A stretch of 64,000 nt of DNA. Source: Antedon mediterranea. Its lineage: Eukaryota; Animalia; Echinodermata. This document shows, in pieces, positions 25,891 through 40,700 of this stretch. The DNA lies in assembly GCF_964355755.1 (NCBI RefSeq), contig NC_092671.1, positions 11,284,001 through 11,348,000 of the forward strand, given 5' to 3'. Every line of letters starts with the position of its first letter. The stretch's first letter is position 1. The notes beneath the pieces were generated by a model. That model had not been told where the DNA came from and searched no databases. It saw only the letters and a list, made by a program, of their open reading frames with translations. The position numbers were made by a program, and so were the translations under genes.

Positions 25891-28800
25891 ACCTAATCGT
25901 AAAATGTATAGTATAATTTGATAACAATTAGGCCTATATGCCTATTTAGTTTTAGGTTTTTCTTTACTTTTATGATGGAAATCCCAAATTATATTGGTTT
26001 ACTTATTAGAAACTACGTTGTTACAAAACCAAATATTTAATATGAACTCAGTTGAAATCAGTATAAATATTATATTTCATATATAAAATAATTTAAAATA
26101 TAATATTTTACATTTTAACTGTGTTCATATTGCCGTTTAGGTATTTATTATTTTAGTTAACTATTTTCATTAACAAAAATCTTAATACGTTAGCATTTTA
26201 TAGATCTCTGACAAAAAACAGTTTTATGTTGTATAGTTAGTAAATAAGGAGACATTTGTATATAATAATTATTATGGAAAACAGCTTGACAAAAAATTAT
26301 GATGAAACTCGTTCGATTGCGTACTAAACTAAAATTTCGAAAGATCATTATTGAAATACCTAGAAATTAATTTAATCTAAAGAAAATGTTGATTCTGTTT
26401 GGTGCATTACAATTGGGCAATGGAAGTTGAGAATAAACTAAATCCAGATTCCTAAACAATCTTTCAAGAAAATCGTACGGTATCCAATCAAGTAGGTCTA
26501 GTACCCTGTTTAACAAACATTTTCCCATAATCATATTCTTTCTATTTGTATAGGAAACGATTAGGAACAAAACTGCAAAACACATTGACACATCCACTAT
26601 TAAGCTATGGCTTAGCGTAGCCCCTAGGCTGACAGATTTCGACAGAAGCAGCACGGCTCTTTATCGAGCCTCTATCAACAAGGCCTTTGGAGAGGTAACA
26701 GTTGCTCTTGTTTGTCGCAGTCTGGCTTCGTGGTGTCCATAGTTTGTATTATAATAATTCCAATTTAGATATGATTACTTGGTCAATTAATCATAACAAC
26801 TGTCACTCTGTTCTTCTAAATTATAACCAATATTAACAATATTATTACGTTTGCTATCCTAGTTTAGTTAAAAAACTCAATAAGTTAATTTAAATTCCAC
26901 CTAAGATTATACTCTACCAGAGTAAACTGTATAATTGTTATACAATATATAATATTATATAACATTTAGAATAATTTATACTGTATATAAACATTTAGAG
27001 GTCACATTATGCATTTACGGATTTACAAATAAGAGTTGTTAATTATTTTGTTATGAACTTGTGAAGTACATTGTGACACGGTTTCAACGAACCTGATCTC
27101 TAAATAGAAAATGACCTCCATTTCATTGTATGTACCTTATTAGTTTATGTGGTATGTTAACGGAAAACTGTTTGCTGATTTAGTTTTGTTTATGCTTAAT
27201 TCGATATTAATGCTTAATGGTTTGAATTTGTAAAGCGCAAAAACCAACTAAAAGTCTTGAATTGCCGTGATAAGAAGTGAACAATTTAACGAAAGAGAAA
27301 AGAGTGCGAGCACTCAAACCGAAATAGGGATACGGCCAGCGTTTACTTTCTTTTAGAAGTACATTCTCAATTGTTTACTAATTATTTATAATTAATTATA
27401 CTGTAATGAATAAAAGAACTACAGCATACCAAACACTAATTGAGTTATCGTACAAAACCGAAACATTCAGATTTCATATTCTTAACACTCGATTTAATAA
27501 CGTCAATTACACCCAACATGCTGAGAGTACTCGGGGCTAAAAATTATAATTCTGTAGACAGCAGGCACCTTGTAAATAATGCAATATTAGTTCACTTTTT
27601 ATTGTGTCTGTTGAAACATTTGGTGTTTGGAAGTAATGGATTATTACCCGTGGACATTTGGATTTAAAGATTGGTGCCCGAAGGCGTGTTCCAACAATGT
27701 TGATTATATCTACAGGAATGAAATACGTGGTACTGTTTTTGAAGGTTCAAGTTTAGATTAAGATTAAGACATTATTTTATTTATTTAAATGTATTAAAAA
27801 TTACTCCCTCTATCGGATAAAAAAAATATATACACAAATTTCATCACAGTAAATATGTACATCAAAATAAGTTAAAATACCCTCTCAATAAATCAATTGT
27901 ACATTTATCAAAATGAATGAAATACAAGTCTTCACGCTGAAGAAAAACATGACAGTAAAAACGTCTGGAATTGAAACTGTTAACAAGAATTTGGACACAA
28001 AATTAATTTCATTAAACAAGATAAGTCTTTGATAAATTGGTGTCGAATAAAAATATTTTGGAAACCTCAATGTCGCCCTTAATACTTTGCATATTGTCCA
28101 TTATGTGAAATTATTATAAAACAGTGTTCCAACACAACGTTTAACTTTGTTTGATCCCATGACTTCAGTACTTGATCTCTATGTAGCCTAGAAAACGTGG
28201 CCTTAGTAAAACAATACACTATTGTGGCCTACAAACTTTCAACTGTGTGGCATTCTTATCACTGAGGTTTTATTGTTGTCTAATTTATAAACCATATTTA
28301 TAATTGATAACAGTTTCATTAATGAGTAAATTTGTTATTAATAATTGTTATTGTTAAAATGTTTTGAACGAATTTTTTCCTAAAAAACTATTTTTGAAAT
28401 AATAGAAATATATTGTTACGTATTTTCTTGATTATTAAAACATGTTTATGATATAAGCGCATACTGATCTTTATTAAGTTACAACACTAACTACCGTACT
28501 ATAACAACATCATACATTTTGTACCATATAACATAATATGATATGCCAGACCATGTCAACTGATTATAGAATTATATAATTACCTCGGTATTTTAACTAT
28601 TTACTGTTTTGCTACAAATTATCACAAATGTATCCCAATATTGAGTTGTAATTCGCTTATTACACTGGTAATAAGTCAATGTTTGTGTTTTAATAATTCA
28701 CTTTCAACGTTGGTGTGCGGGATGTTTATAACTGAACAAGTGTTTAGCTACTAGGCTATCCGATGATAGAGTACTTTACTACAGTCTCTGGAACTCTTTT

Positions 28801-31800
28801 TTTGTTCAGCTTCTGTTGAAACAACACATATTGACGAACACTACCGGTATATTTAAATAAGCAACTTTAAATTAGGAGGAATATAGGCCTATACTACAAA
28901 AATGAATAATATTGAATTCTGCTTTAAAATAATTTTGTTATTGGATATAAACAATCATATGACAGATTTCCGAAGTTGGTTCACCCCACGAAAGCTAGTT
29001 GGCCGACCGATCAACACTCCACATCTGGGAGCGCAATTCGGATACCTCGGGGTAAAGAGAATTTTACCTTTCCCTGAATACCTAAGGGCACGTCTTAAAT
29101 GCAACGTATGTTCCCGAGAGGTGAAATATTTGAGATAACTGTTTATTCCACAGAAGTAAAAGGAAATTGTATTCTTAGGCAATAAAACTAATCAATTTGC
29201 TACCGTATTCCCTTGGCCTTTAATGGTATAGATTGCCATGTCATTGGTATTTTTCTGAACTCAGTTAATTTTTAATCTGTAAAAAAAATCTTAAATCCAA
29301 AACATATAGTTTATATCAGAACTAATTGCCAATTACCAGACTAAAGGTCAGCTTTTTCATATCTTATATCTTATTAAATAATCTACAAAAATATGCTAAT
29401 TAATAATATTATTTTAAGCAATAGGCCAATTTTAAAAATTGTAATTTGTTACAATTTAAAATGTATAAATTTCGTTTCGTATGCGGTAAACGTGTAGTAT
29501 TCATTAATCAATTAATTTATACCATTTTACTAACATGACCATGGTGAGAAATAGTCAAAATAATCCTTATTTTTACGGTGTGACACAAACGTCGGGTGGT
29601 CTTAAAATCGTGTACATTTTACCAGTAGGCATATTCAAATTAGGAAACAAATCTGATTCTTCCAATAGAAAGTATTATCTTGTATTATACCAGTATTTAT
29701 TTTTAATGGTAATAATTGATATTGATTGATTGATATTGATTGATTGATATTGATTGTATTAAATTAATTAAACAATAAATAAATAGAAACATCTATAGTT
29801 TGTTATATTACTTAGGCGTAGTTATAAAGTAACATAATGGTAAATATGATATTAATATTTTAATATTACTAAAATATCAATGTATAACAATTATCTTCAA
29901 CTTAGAATAAAAATACAAACTTTTAATCACTTGTCAAGAATTGTTATTTCTGTCTCATCCAAATAACGATTTACGTATAACATATACTTTATGAATCCGA
30001 TCGCTAAATAATCTATCATTCGTAGTGAAACCTAATTAAACGAGAGTTATTTCATAGCGTTGAATAGGTGTAAGACTGTCCGTGATTTATGTCGTGCGTA
30101 TAATACAAATATATATTGTAGATTCATTACATTGGGCCCCTGGGAATCTACGATTACCATCCAATCTCATGGGTAATCAAAAAAATGTAGTATATAGGAA
30201 GATCATATCATCATCGGCTTATTCCATTCCTTAGATATGTATTCATACTTGACAATGTATTAACTCAACATAGGCTTTTAGTTTGTGGAATTGTTTAACA
30301 GTCATTGACCAACTACCACTCATGAAATGACAGATGAAGTAATTTTATTTTATTTTATTTTTTATTTAAAAAAAAATTGTTACAATTATCCTCTTTTAAT
30401 TTTGGTTTCAAGTTTATTTAAATTAAACACCGTATGTAATTATTGTTTATAAAAAGTATTGTTTTACAATTATAGATTGTAAAAAAACATTTTTAACTTA
30501 TCATCAACTTGATTGTGATTTTGTTTCCTTATATTCTTCCCATTGGGACTTCTGAATGATGTGGAACATTTTTATCTAAATTTAATCAAAACCAATTTCC
30601 ATTAAAACAATTTTGATAGATTATAATAACATAGAATAATTAGATTAATCAATTGTGTGTATATTATGACTGATATAGGCATATCAGTGATCAGATCATT
30701 TGAAGCAAGCAATTAAAAGAATGCTATCGGGTTTTGCGAATGTAATATATTTATTGACTTTTCCTTTGTAAATATCAAGTGACTGTCACAGGTTCGTTCA
30801 TTTTAAAAAAGGAAGTCAAATTGTGTTAAAAATATATTAAATTTGTGACTTTAACAAAATAGATATAGGAGTTATTTTGGGTTTAAGACTACGTGTACTC
30901 ACATTATAAGTATTGGACATACTATTATACGCCTACATTTTTTAAAGCTATTGAATACAATTTAAAAACATACCGGTACTGTTATATCCTGTTATAACTT
31001 TGTTTTGTTTGTTTTTAATTAATTTGTACTACTTAGTTTTGTTAATTTTTATATTTTATAATAATGATGGAGTAAGAACAGTTTTCTGTTTGGGCTCATG
31101 CCTATTACTTGCTCCTGGCAAGATGACATGTAAAACGTACTTTTAAGAACTTTTGCCGAATAAATATTATTATTAACGTTTTCCGAATATGATGCTTGCC
31201 ATTGGAGAATTCTATTTTGTTTATAAAACTGTAAAAAAAAACTGTTTAAGTTAAAAATTTACACCGCATCATGTTTTTTACCTTCTTCTATATCATCTGT
31301 ATATGTAGATAGGCACACACACAGTTAACGTCCTAATCGGCAATTCAAGTAAAATCAATGATATCGATCGATGGCAATGTGTTTAGCTAAATCTTTATAA
31401 AACGTATTATAATAAAGAAATCTCTTATAATGATATAGACTAATCAATGCTTACGAATAATATGCTGAATCAAGATGAAGAACTCTTAAAATAAATGTTA
31501 TAATGTTAACAAAAAATCATTTTATTTTTTAGTCTAAGTATGATGTGTAAAATTATAATTATACATAAAAGTCCCATTCAAATGAAATCTGTACATTTAA
31601 AAGAACTTCGTTAAAATACGAATAATTATGTGATTTACATAACAGTTTAGGTTTAATATGTGTAAACAACATTATTTTTATGTAATAAACTATATTATTC
31701 AATAAATTATTTTTCGAGCTAATTCATGAAAAAAAAAAAAAAAGTATTATACAATGATTATTATTTAATATAAATTTAAATATATATATATATATATTAA

Positions 31801-31817
31801 GATTTGTTCTTATATTA

Positions 31818-31975
31818 AGCTCTGTCTACACTACCAAATTAGTTTGACAAAAAAAGTATGATGTGCCCAAATATGGTAGTGATATGATTAAATATGGTAG
31901 TGAAATGACATCACCATGTCCATATAAGGGCACATCACATTTTTGTTGTCACATAGAGTTTGATAGTGTAGACGG
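31818..31975. mobile_element. MITE family B, copy 3
   Basis: agctctgtctacactacc ... gtttgatagtgtagac. It accounts for the spurious ORF at 31863. Confidence 0.82.
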
Positions 31976-34348
31976 AATGTATATTTGTATAAAATCATAT
32001 TTAAAAAATCAGATAATCGGTAGTCAAGCTGCGCATGTACTATTCATTTTTTCCTTGCTTTCTAAATAAATCATTGGAAGATAATTTGATTGAAACACCA
32101 ATGTAACTTATCATCTACTATATTTATTATCGTTGGTAATCTATTCTTGGGAGAAAGTTATGTGTTTATCCTTTGATTACGTTTGATAATTAATAATACG
32201 TTCTGCAGTCCCTGTTCAATCACAGTAAATTGCATTTTCTAAATACGGGACAGTTTACGGCGTGTCAAACTCAAACAGAAAATGAATAAACATGAACGAG
32301 ATATCACTATCATAAGTCAGAATTGATGCGTATCTAACGATAGAATCTTTATGAAAACTAACGAACCGTAAAGAATAATAAGAGACGATTCATCAACGAG
32401 TTCTGATTGCACGTTGTTAATACGACTATTAATTAGATAAGAGATTAAATGAGGGAGACAAACGAGACTCCAGAGTGAAATTTGACTATATTAAGGCAAT
32501 CACTGAAACTCATTCATATTGTCAAACCTGGGTCTTTAGCACCAAAAGATAGTGATGAAACCAACTGGGACCAATCCAAGATGCGAAACGCTAGGATTGT
32601 CTATTGGACGAAACGCTGCACTAACACAGTGAGATGCAGTGATTTTTACTAAGTAATTCTCATGGGTTTTTAACGAGAACCCGAAGGTGTGTTAATTTCG
32701 CGCCTTCTCGCGGTGGTTATACCAACGTGCGAAAATAAAGAAAATTGAATTCATATACGCGTCATTTGATACGGACACACGGGTTATAAAAAATATATAT
32801 TAAGAATCACTTATTCCAAAGGAATGATCGAAATTGCAAAACAATCTTCACAAATAGACGATTAAGCCAGCGTATCTATTTCAATTTATTAACCGGCGAT
32901 CATTATACATATAAAACAAATTCTGCTACAATTCGATGCAAAACAAAAGCTATTACATCCAGATTTTTAAAATAATTAGCAAATTGCAGCATTAGAAAAT
33001 CACCATGCTTATTATTTTAATAATTTAAAATGGTTAAATTTATGAATAATCCATTTTTAGATAGACAATATTCTGATTTGTGTATAACATTGTTTGTAAG
33101 TTTAACCTTTTTTTCCCCCTTAAAATAAAAACTCATCTAACACCAAATTAACTGACAACTTTGAAATAAATTATATTTTCTAGTCACATAATCATGAGGT
33201 AAAAACAGGTAATTATTTTAAGAACAAAATTAATAAAAAATTAACAACTACACAATGATACACAAACTGATAAAAATGTCATTGTCATGTCATTAACCCT
33301 ACCTATTTTCTTGACTGATTTTTACATCTTACTATTAAGAAAATAAACGAAATATTTTCTTTAATCCATATAAAATAAAATGAATTATAACAAATGGCTA
33401 AATTTCTTTTCTAATTACTTCGCCGTAATAGAATTACCAGATATATTATTATTCGTTGAATGAAGCATGTTAAACTCCATGGTTTGAAGAACTATGATGT
33501 AAAATTCAAAGGTTGTGGTGACTTTTATGCGTGGAATGCATGCACACTTACGACTATAGCGACAAAAACATAATATGTATGCCTATTGTTAGAGAGAAAT
33601 TCAAACTAAAAAATGTATATTTTCATATTATTTTTATAAGTCAATTTAACTATCAAATGCCCATAAAACAAATAACTAACAAAGGCCTAACTCATTACTT
33701 TATCATTTGTGAATAGGAAGCAGAAATTAAAAACTGTTTTAAAAGTTATTCATTTTAAACATACTTCAAAATCTGAAATGATTCAGACTGTAATCATCTT
33801 TGGACATGCATTATCGATGAGCAAATAACATAGAAACTTACAAGGCTACTTTTTTAATGCTTTGGATTGACTAGGATTTCCTAGCGTTCGATGGTAATTT
33901 AAATTCAATTGCATTCCAAGTGATTTGTTACCACGTGTGTGACTTTATTATTCATCAACATTAATCCAAAGATAACTTGCAATATGAGCTCCTAGCGGAT
34001 AAGGGATGATCTGTTTGTCAATATTAATTATTTTAATTACCTTTAGTCTTAAGTCAGTCTTTTTAATTATCTCAATTTTGATAGTTATTCTAAGGACAAG
34101 TTCTATATCGTCCGGCAAGTATTAGCCTAGGCCTAGAAATTGCGCTGTAAGGTCAAGTAACTCACACCGGGACCCTATTTGTTTGGAAGGAACCCCCCGG
34201 AAATCCTTGCTAAATATATACCCGGATTATCTGCTGATTAGATTTAGCCTAAGTGGTCGGAGAAAACGAAATGGTCAAAATTGTATCGTATTTAATTAAA
34301 TTAACAAGTGTAGCAGAAGTTCATTGTGTATTCCGTGAAAAAAGTTCA

Positions 34349-34541
34349 CGCGCATGCGTAGAAAAAAGAAACGTTTAAAAGTCTACGCCCCTTACTTATA
34401 TCGATAACACAGTAACGTTTTTATCATAATCTGTTATTGATTTATCATAATTATACATTATGATATCGTCATTCAAAGCGACAGTTCGTGTAGTAGTCCT
34501 AATTTAATAGCTTTCCATGACATGCTCTGTGTGCGCATGCG
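34349..34541 (+). promoter_or_regulatory. Candidate engrailed proximal promoter with two NRF1/P3A2-type sites
   Basis: cgcgcatgcg (34349-34358) and tgcgcatgcg (34532-34541) flank a TATA-like cttatata, 230-420 bp upstream of the ATG. Motif match only. Confidence 0.4.
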
Positions 34542-34768
34542 TCAACAGTGAAACGAAGTTATCGCGGGCTCTTATCTTGGGATGTTAACTATTTTCCAGT
34601 CATAACTTACACAGACCCGTGTTCAGTGGAAACAAATTACACTTTCTTGTATTGAAAGGTTCCTACTCAATTTAGTGAATTTAATTACGGCGAAAGAAGT
34701 TTGTAAAGGAGACATTTCGACAACCAAAAAAATTGTTCTTAGGGCAAGCCTCTGATATTTTCATAAAC

Positions 34769-37700
34769 ATGGATGAGAAGAGATCGCTACCAGCATTGAA
34801 CAGTGAAGTAAATGCACCTTGTGCTTTCGATCCTAATCTAAAATACACGAACTTCTTCATTGAGAATATTTTAAGTCCTGGATTCGGACGACTTGTACAT
34901 AGTCGCGAACCAAATAAGCTAAAAAACGATGATACGAACAGTTCGGTACAAAGTCAAGATTCAAAATCAAGTGATGGAGATGCAGACGCAACACTTAAAG
35001 CAAATTTATGGCCAGCTTGGGTTTATTGTACACGATATTCTGACCGACCAAGTTCAGGTAAGGTTATTTATTTACACTAGTTGTATAATCATAATTGTTA
35101 ACCTGTTGTAGAGTGTAGGTCTGATGGTTACTGATTTAAAATCAGAACAAAATTACGATTTAATTTTCACATGTGTTTTTCTAATCTATTTAATATTGAC
35201 ATGAATAAAGTCGACCATAAAACTATACGATACGATATTATTTATTGTCATTTTAACAGCGAGGTACAAATGAAATTGGGTATATTAGGCCTAAATATAC
35301 CGATACTATTGTTTTTAAACAGAGTTATGTTTTACTGGGCGACATACGGCACAGTATAAGCAGAGTACCCAGTTAACTATTTTAAGTTGTTAACGGTGTA
35401 TACAACGTACGGTTCGTTGTTAAGCCTAACATTTTAAAACGGATCATACGTAGGTCGCTCGGTGGTCGCTCAGCGTGCGAAATACTCATGACGTGCATCC
35501 ATATTACCATCGTTCTTATTTTGAAAACAGATGTTTTTACGGTTAAACAATTAATAAGAACAACAACTTAATTTACACAGCTACGTCCATGTCACTTTGA
35601 TTTATCGATCAAACAATTTTTTTAATTAAATGTGTAGTTTGTTTTTATACTAGGCCTAAATTAATAATTCAAAATTTGGCGTTTTTCAAAATACCACTTT
35701 CATAACTTAGTAATAGGATCGATCTATTAATTCGCTGTTTAAAATGCTTAATAATTTGATCCCGTATTTAATTCATATACCGTATTGTAAGATTAAAGCA
35801 ATTATTACCTCATGTATTTATCATTTTTTATGTTTTTTATTTTCCTAAATTTAGTTACAGATCATATTTATAGTTTATTTCACCTATATGTTAGTCATTT
35901 TCATAGATCACGAATCAAACACCTTAACTATTTTGTAGACGTTTATTGCTAAAGTTATTCAGGTTAAATTCCTGATAATGATAATTGTATCTATCTTATG
36001 AACATAAATAGCAAATAATCATGTGGCTATTTATAAACGCGACAGATGTATATATAATGTTGGGTTTAACAATGTATTATGGCATATAAATTTAAGTTAT
36101 GTGGGCCTAAGTTATGATTGGTAACATCTTATATACTTTGTATCTTTTTTAACGAAATTAAAAATACATTGTCTCCATTGAAGAATATAGTTAAAATATA
36201 TCTTTGTTGAATATGCCATTTTAATGTCTCATAGTATTTGTTCACTTTGACCAAAAATTTGATTGAAAACAGATTATTTACATTAAAAATATAATTTAAA
36301 GCAAAAACATATTCAAATTGGTTAGATTTAACCATTAATTTTGTCTTTTTGTAAGTGAAATAATAATTTTTTTTTATCAAACTGCTAAATGGCCTTAATC
36401 TTCGTTTTACATGTTTTGGGGACAATACATCTTTAAAGTAAATTAGTGTCAAAATTTAAATAATTAATTGTTTCCTTACTGTGTTTAATATGATGTCATG
36501 TAACCTCCCATAGATAACAAATTAATTGAGCAATTGTAGGAAATTATTAATACTGTTATTAATAAAAGTATAATAACATTAGTTGATGTCATAAAAAATG
36601 AACAGAACTTTTACCATTTAAGAGATTTTTTTCAAAATGTTCGATGAATAAAATAATATAATATAATAACATTTAGATTGCGATTGCTTTAGGACTCGTT
36701 AAACCAATCATATGATACGAATTTTTCTTAGGAATTAAATAATGTTGTTACTTATGGCCGATTGCTTAATTCAATTAGTTTCAGTTACATAACTAAAATA
36801 AGACATAGTTACCTTTTCTCTCCTTCCTTTTTATCCATTATTTGAAAATGCTATCTTAAGGTTTTTATACATGTATCTTTAATATAAAATTGTAATGTTT
36901 GTATTCAAAAATAGAGTCTGGGATTAATCTGTGTAAGATAATGGGAATAATAGGATTTGTGGTCAAATAATTGGTAACGTATACTCCCCAGTACATTTGA
37001 CACTAAGTTTCAATGATATTTAGGCCCAACCATTTATACTCAAAAGTGACATATCGGTAAAACAATAACTGTTGTATATATATATATATATAATTTGGAA
37101 TTTGGTATAATAACTTAACAAATAGGATAAGTGAAATGGAGACCCTCGCAGCGGTTATTGTTAGTAAGGTATTTTTGTCATTTAAAACTTGTTTTATGTA
37201 AACAACATTTGAGACTATAGAATTGGGACAAAGATCTTGTAGAAAACGGCAAGATAGAATTACGTTGAATGATTTTAGCATTTGAAATTCAAACTTTATT
37301 TATTGTCAATATAAAACCAATTACTGTACTTGACAAAGAATGATAATCACATGACCAATATTGACATCAAATTACCAGCAACATCCTTTAGAATGCTTTC
37401 CTCTTCTTGTACATTTATTGTTTATTCATTCAGTGAGATACGAATTATATAAAATGTAAATTTATATAATTTAATATAATAAAAACTTTTAAATTTTAAT
37501 TACGGTACTGTATTTGTATTATATATAGATTATTATACATTCAATACATCTTAATATTGTCATCATTCTCTGCATGTCAATAATTGAACGAAGCTACTTT
37601 CATGAATTAACTAAACCGGCCGATATCATCAACAACAATAAAAAAAATAAATAAACAAGTATTACAACATCTATTATAGGCCTTTCTAATACCCAAGGTC

Positions 37701-40700
37701 TGTGGTTTCTGAGACAAACTGTAAATTATTTCAGACTATAATAAGCGTTGTTATGTGTACTACCGTTTTTTTCTTGATGGTCGTAAGCGCGTGAATACCG
37801 TCTGCCTAGGATAATCGCACCACTTAACAGACAATCAACTACAAATTAAACTCTATTTGAAAGTGATTCGTTCATGTGGAGAGTCAGCCCTAATTAACAA
37901 CTACTTTCTAAATTTTAAATGATACATGATAGCTGTTCATTGTATACTAAAATGGGGAAATATCAACATTTTGAAAATACTTAAACAATTAGGATTTTTT
38001 AAAATCAAATAGAAAATGACAATTATTATGTATTCTCTGATTAAATTAAATGAATAGGTTATATTATACTGTCTAACTAACAAAGTTACTACAGTACTAT
38101 CTAGTTGACTGATGTTCCTGTCTTTTTTATTTAATAACATACATCTGAAAGGAGCGAGAACACTCAAATGGCAATGCATTACATTTCGCCGGTTTATTAA
38201 TTTTAAAAGTTTCAAATAAAGCGCATATTGTGCATTAAGCATTTTTTTCTCTTTGTTTAATTATTATTGTATCTAAAAACATATCAGATAAAGATAAGTT
38301 CATCTGTTTTTATATAGTCCTATTTTTTAAACCAATATATATTAAACATTAATAAAAAGAATACTTTCATATAAAATAATATTATTATTACTGTAATGAA
38401 TTATTTTAAAAATGTATTTATATATATTATTTATTTTAAATTGTGTGTCGGCCTAATAATCACAATTCAAATGTAGTAATATTTTTCAAATACAATTCCT
38501 ATTATTTTTAAAAATCAAAAATTTCATAGTAACATATCGCGTTGTGGAAAAAAATATTCCATAAACAATAACGACATTTAGACTACGGTATCAACCAGAA
38601 TTAAAATGTTGCTAATTTTTGACAAGTCAAATTGTTCAAATAGTGTGATGATGTTATTATCTATAACCATCACAATCATAACAAGTTCATCAAAACAGAG
38701 ATATTGCGATATTAGTTAAATAAAGACTTGTTATAAACAAAAATCAGCATGAATAATAAGCTAAATATAATAAACCGCTGTTAATATTATTCAAAGGCAT
38801 GTATTTCATATCCCCCATCAGAATAATAAATTGTATGCTGATTTATGAGTTATCTTCAGCACGAACATTTTTATAGCCGTATGGTTATGCAGATCTCTCC
38901 ATTTTGCTGGCGATGATAAGTAAGCTCATTCCAATTGATAATTCGAATATCATGATATTCCCCCGAGAAATATATAATAAGTTTCTATTGATTGAAAATA
39001 TAATTATCGAAAATGAACATATCTTATTGGCTACTATTTGATCAGATGAGTCTTAGGACGAATAGGTTAGTTTGCGCTGCTGGCGAATCTTACGGCGGAG
39101 GAGAAAACTTTCAAACGGAGTGATAAGCAACTATTTGACATTATTATCTTATCTTCATTATTTGACATTATTCGTAATTAATGATCGTTGTAGACCTAAT
39201 GATTAACTCATAATTATCATTTTTATAGAGAGAGATTATAACTTTGCTTCATTATTTGACATTATTAGTAATTAATTATTTTTGTAGGCCTACCGGTATA
39301 TGATTAACTCATAGTTATAATTTTTTTTAGAAAGAGAGAGAGATTATTAACTTTTTTTATAACCTTTTAATGTTTAATAAAATACCGATGAGTAAAGATA
39401 ATCACTTGGTTATAATAGTAGTACGCCCGATTTGTACCTGGTTGTTTTAAACAAAAATCAGTCGTCTTTTTCTCTTTCTTGTCCGACGGTAATGTTGAGT
39501 TAGTTCATTTTCTTTAACTCACGCACAAGTGATATCATTATTATAATAATATTATTGATAATATTATTATTTGATTAACAATTATTTGATACTATAGTTC
39601 TTATGTGAAATTTAAGAAAGTTTTCTAATAAAATGGTATCTTATCGATGTTACAAAGCAAACGGTGGCACACAAACCACGTCGATGACATCATCATAACT
39701 TAACTATTACTTATTGATGGCTCTTATATTTTCAAAAATATATATAGGCCTAATTTTAAGTTTACTTTATTATTTTTATTCGTTTAATTAACACCTCTTT
39801 CTTTATATTATTTAGGCCAATGTTAAAAGTAATCCATGATGTATCATTTTTTAAAGATGATTTCATTTCAATTTATTCAAAGATGATTTCATAAAAATGT
39901 TTATTAAAAAAAGAACAAAATAAAGATACACTGTACATGACGATGTTAAAAGTATGGTGTCTAAAAGTGCAAGTTAAAGCTCACACAATGTAGGTCAAAA
40001 TAATTATCTAATATTATACTTGTTTTACCATCATAAACTATACGTTATCGATTGTATTTACATACTTCAAACTTTCAACATTGAGAAGTTTTAGGATATC
40101 CTTATTGGTATGGGGCCTGGCGATAGGAAATGAAATATTAACTTCCATCATTAAAATGCGTTAATATATATCATCAAAGAATTATGAGTTTTGATTTTAT
40201 AAAAAGTGTATCTGTATATCATACAATATTCAGCGTGAGAAAATAAAAACACTGCCGTTGTGAAGAGACTTAATAGTGAATAGAATATTAGACTAAAATT
40301 CTGTGTTGTTTAACGATAAGGAATATCCACATTATCAAATAATTTCATAAATGATTTTGTTATGTATAAAAATATATATTATTATGATTTTAATCATTAT
40401 AATCGTGTATAATTCATTAAAATTATCTTGGAAACTGTTTGTTAATTAATAATTATAAAAATGTACTGGTAATGTGAAATGATTAGGCATGATTGGTGCC
40501 TATAAACAAGGAGCAAGTCCTTAAACACTATTTTATGTATCATTGCCTTATTTACAGTTAAAATGTAACTGGGGAATAAAATATAAAATGACGAGAACTA
40601 AAAATCGGTCGAAAAAATGTTTGGACTCTTAAACTGTCCAATGTATCAGTCACTGGAAAATAATAAAAACTACAGTAAAACCTATAATGCTATAAATATT

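Noticed and set aside
17720-33716. Numerous 60-120 aa ORFs between Nedx and engrailed
   Set aside because: They are rich in F/I/L/Y/K/N as expected from AT-rich random sequence, with no recognisable domains or consistent splice structure. Some overlap repeats.
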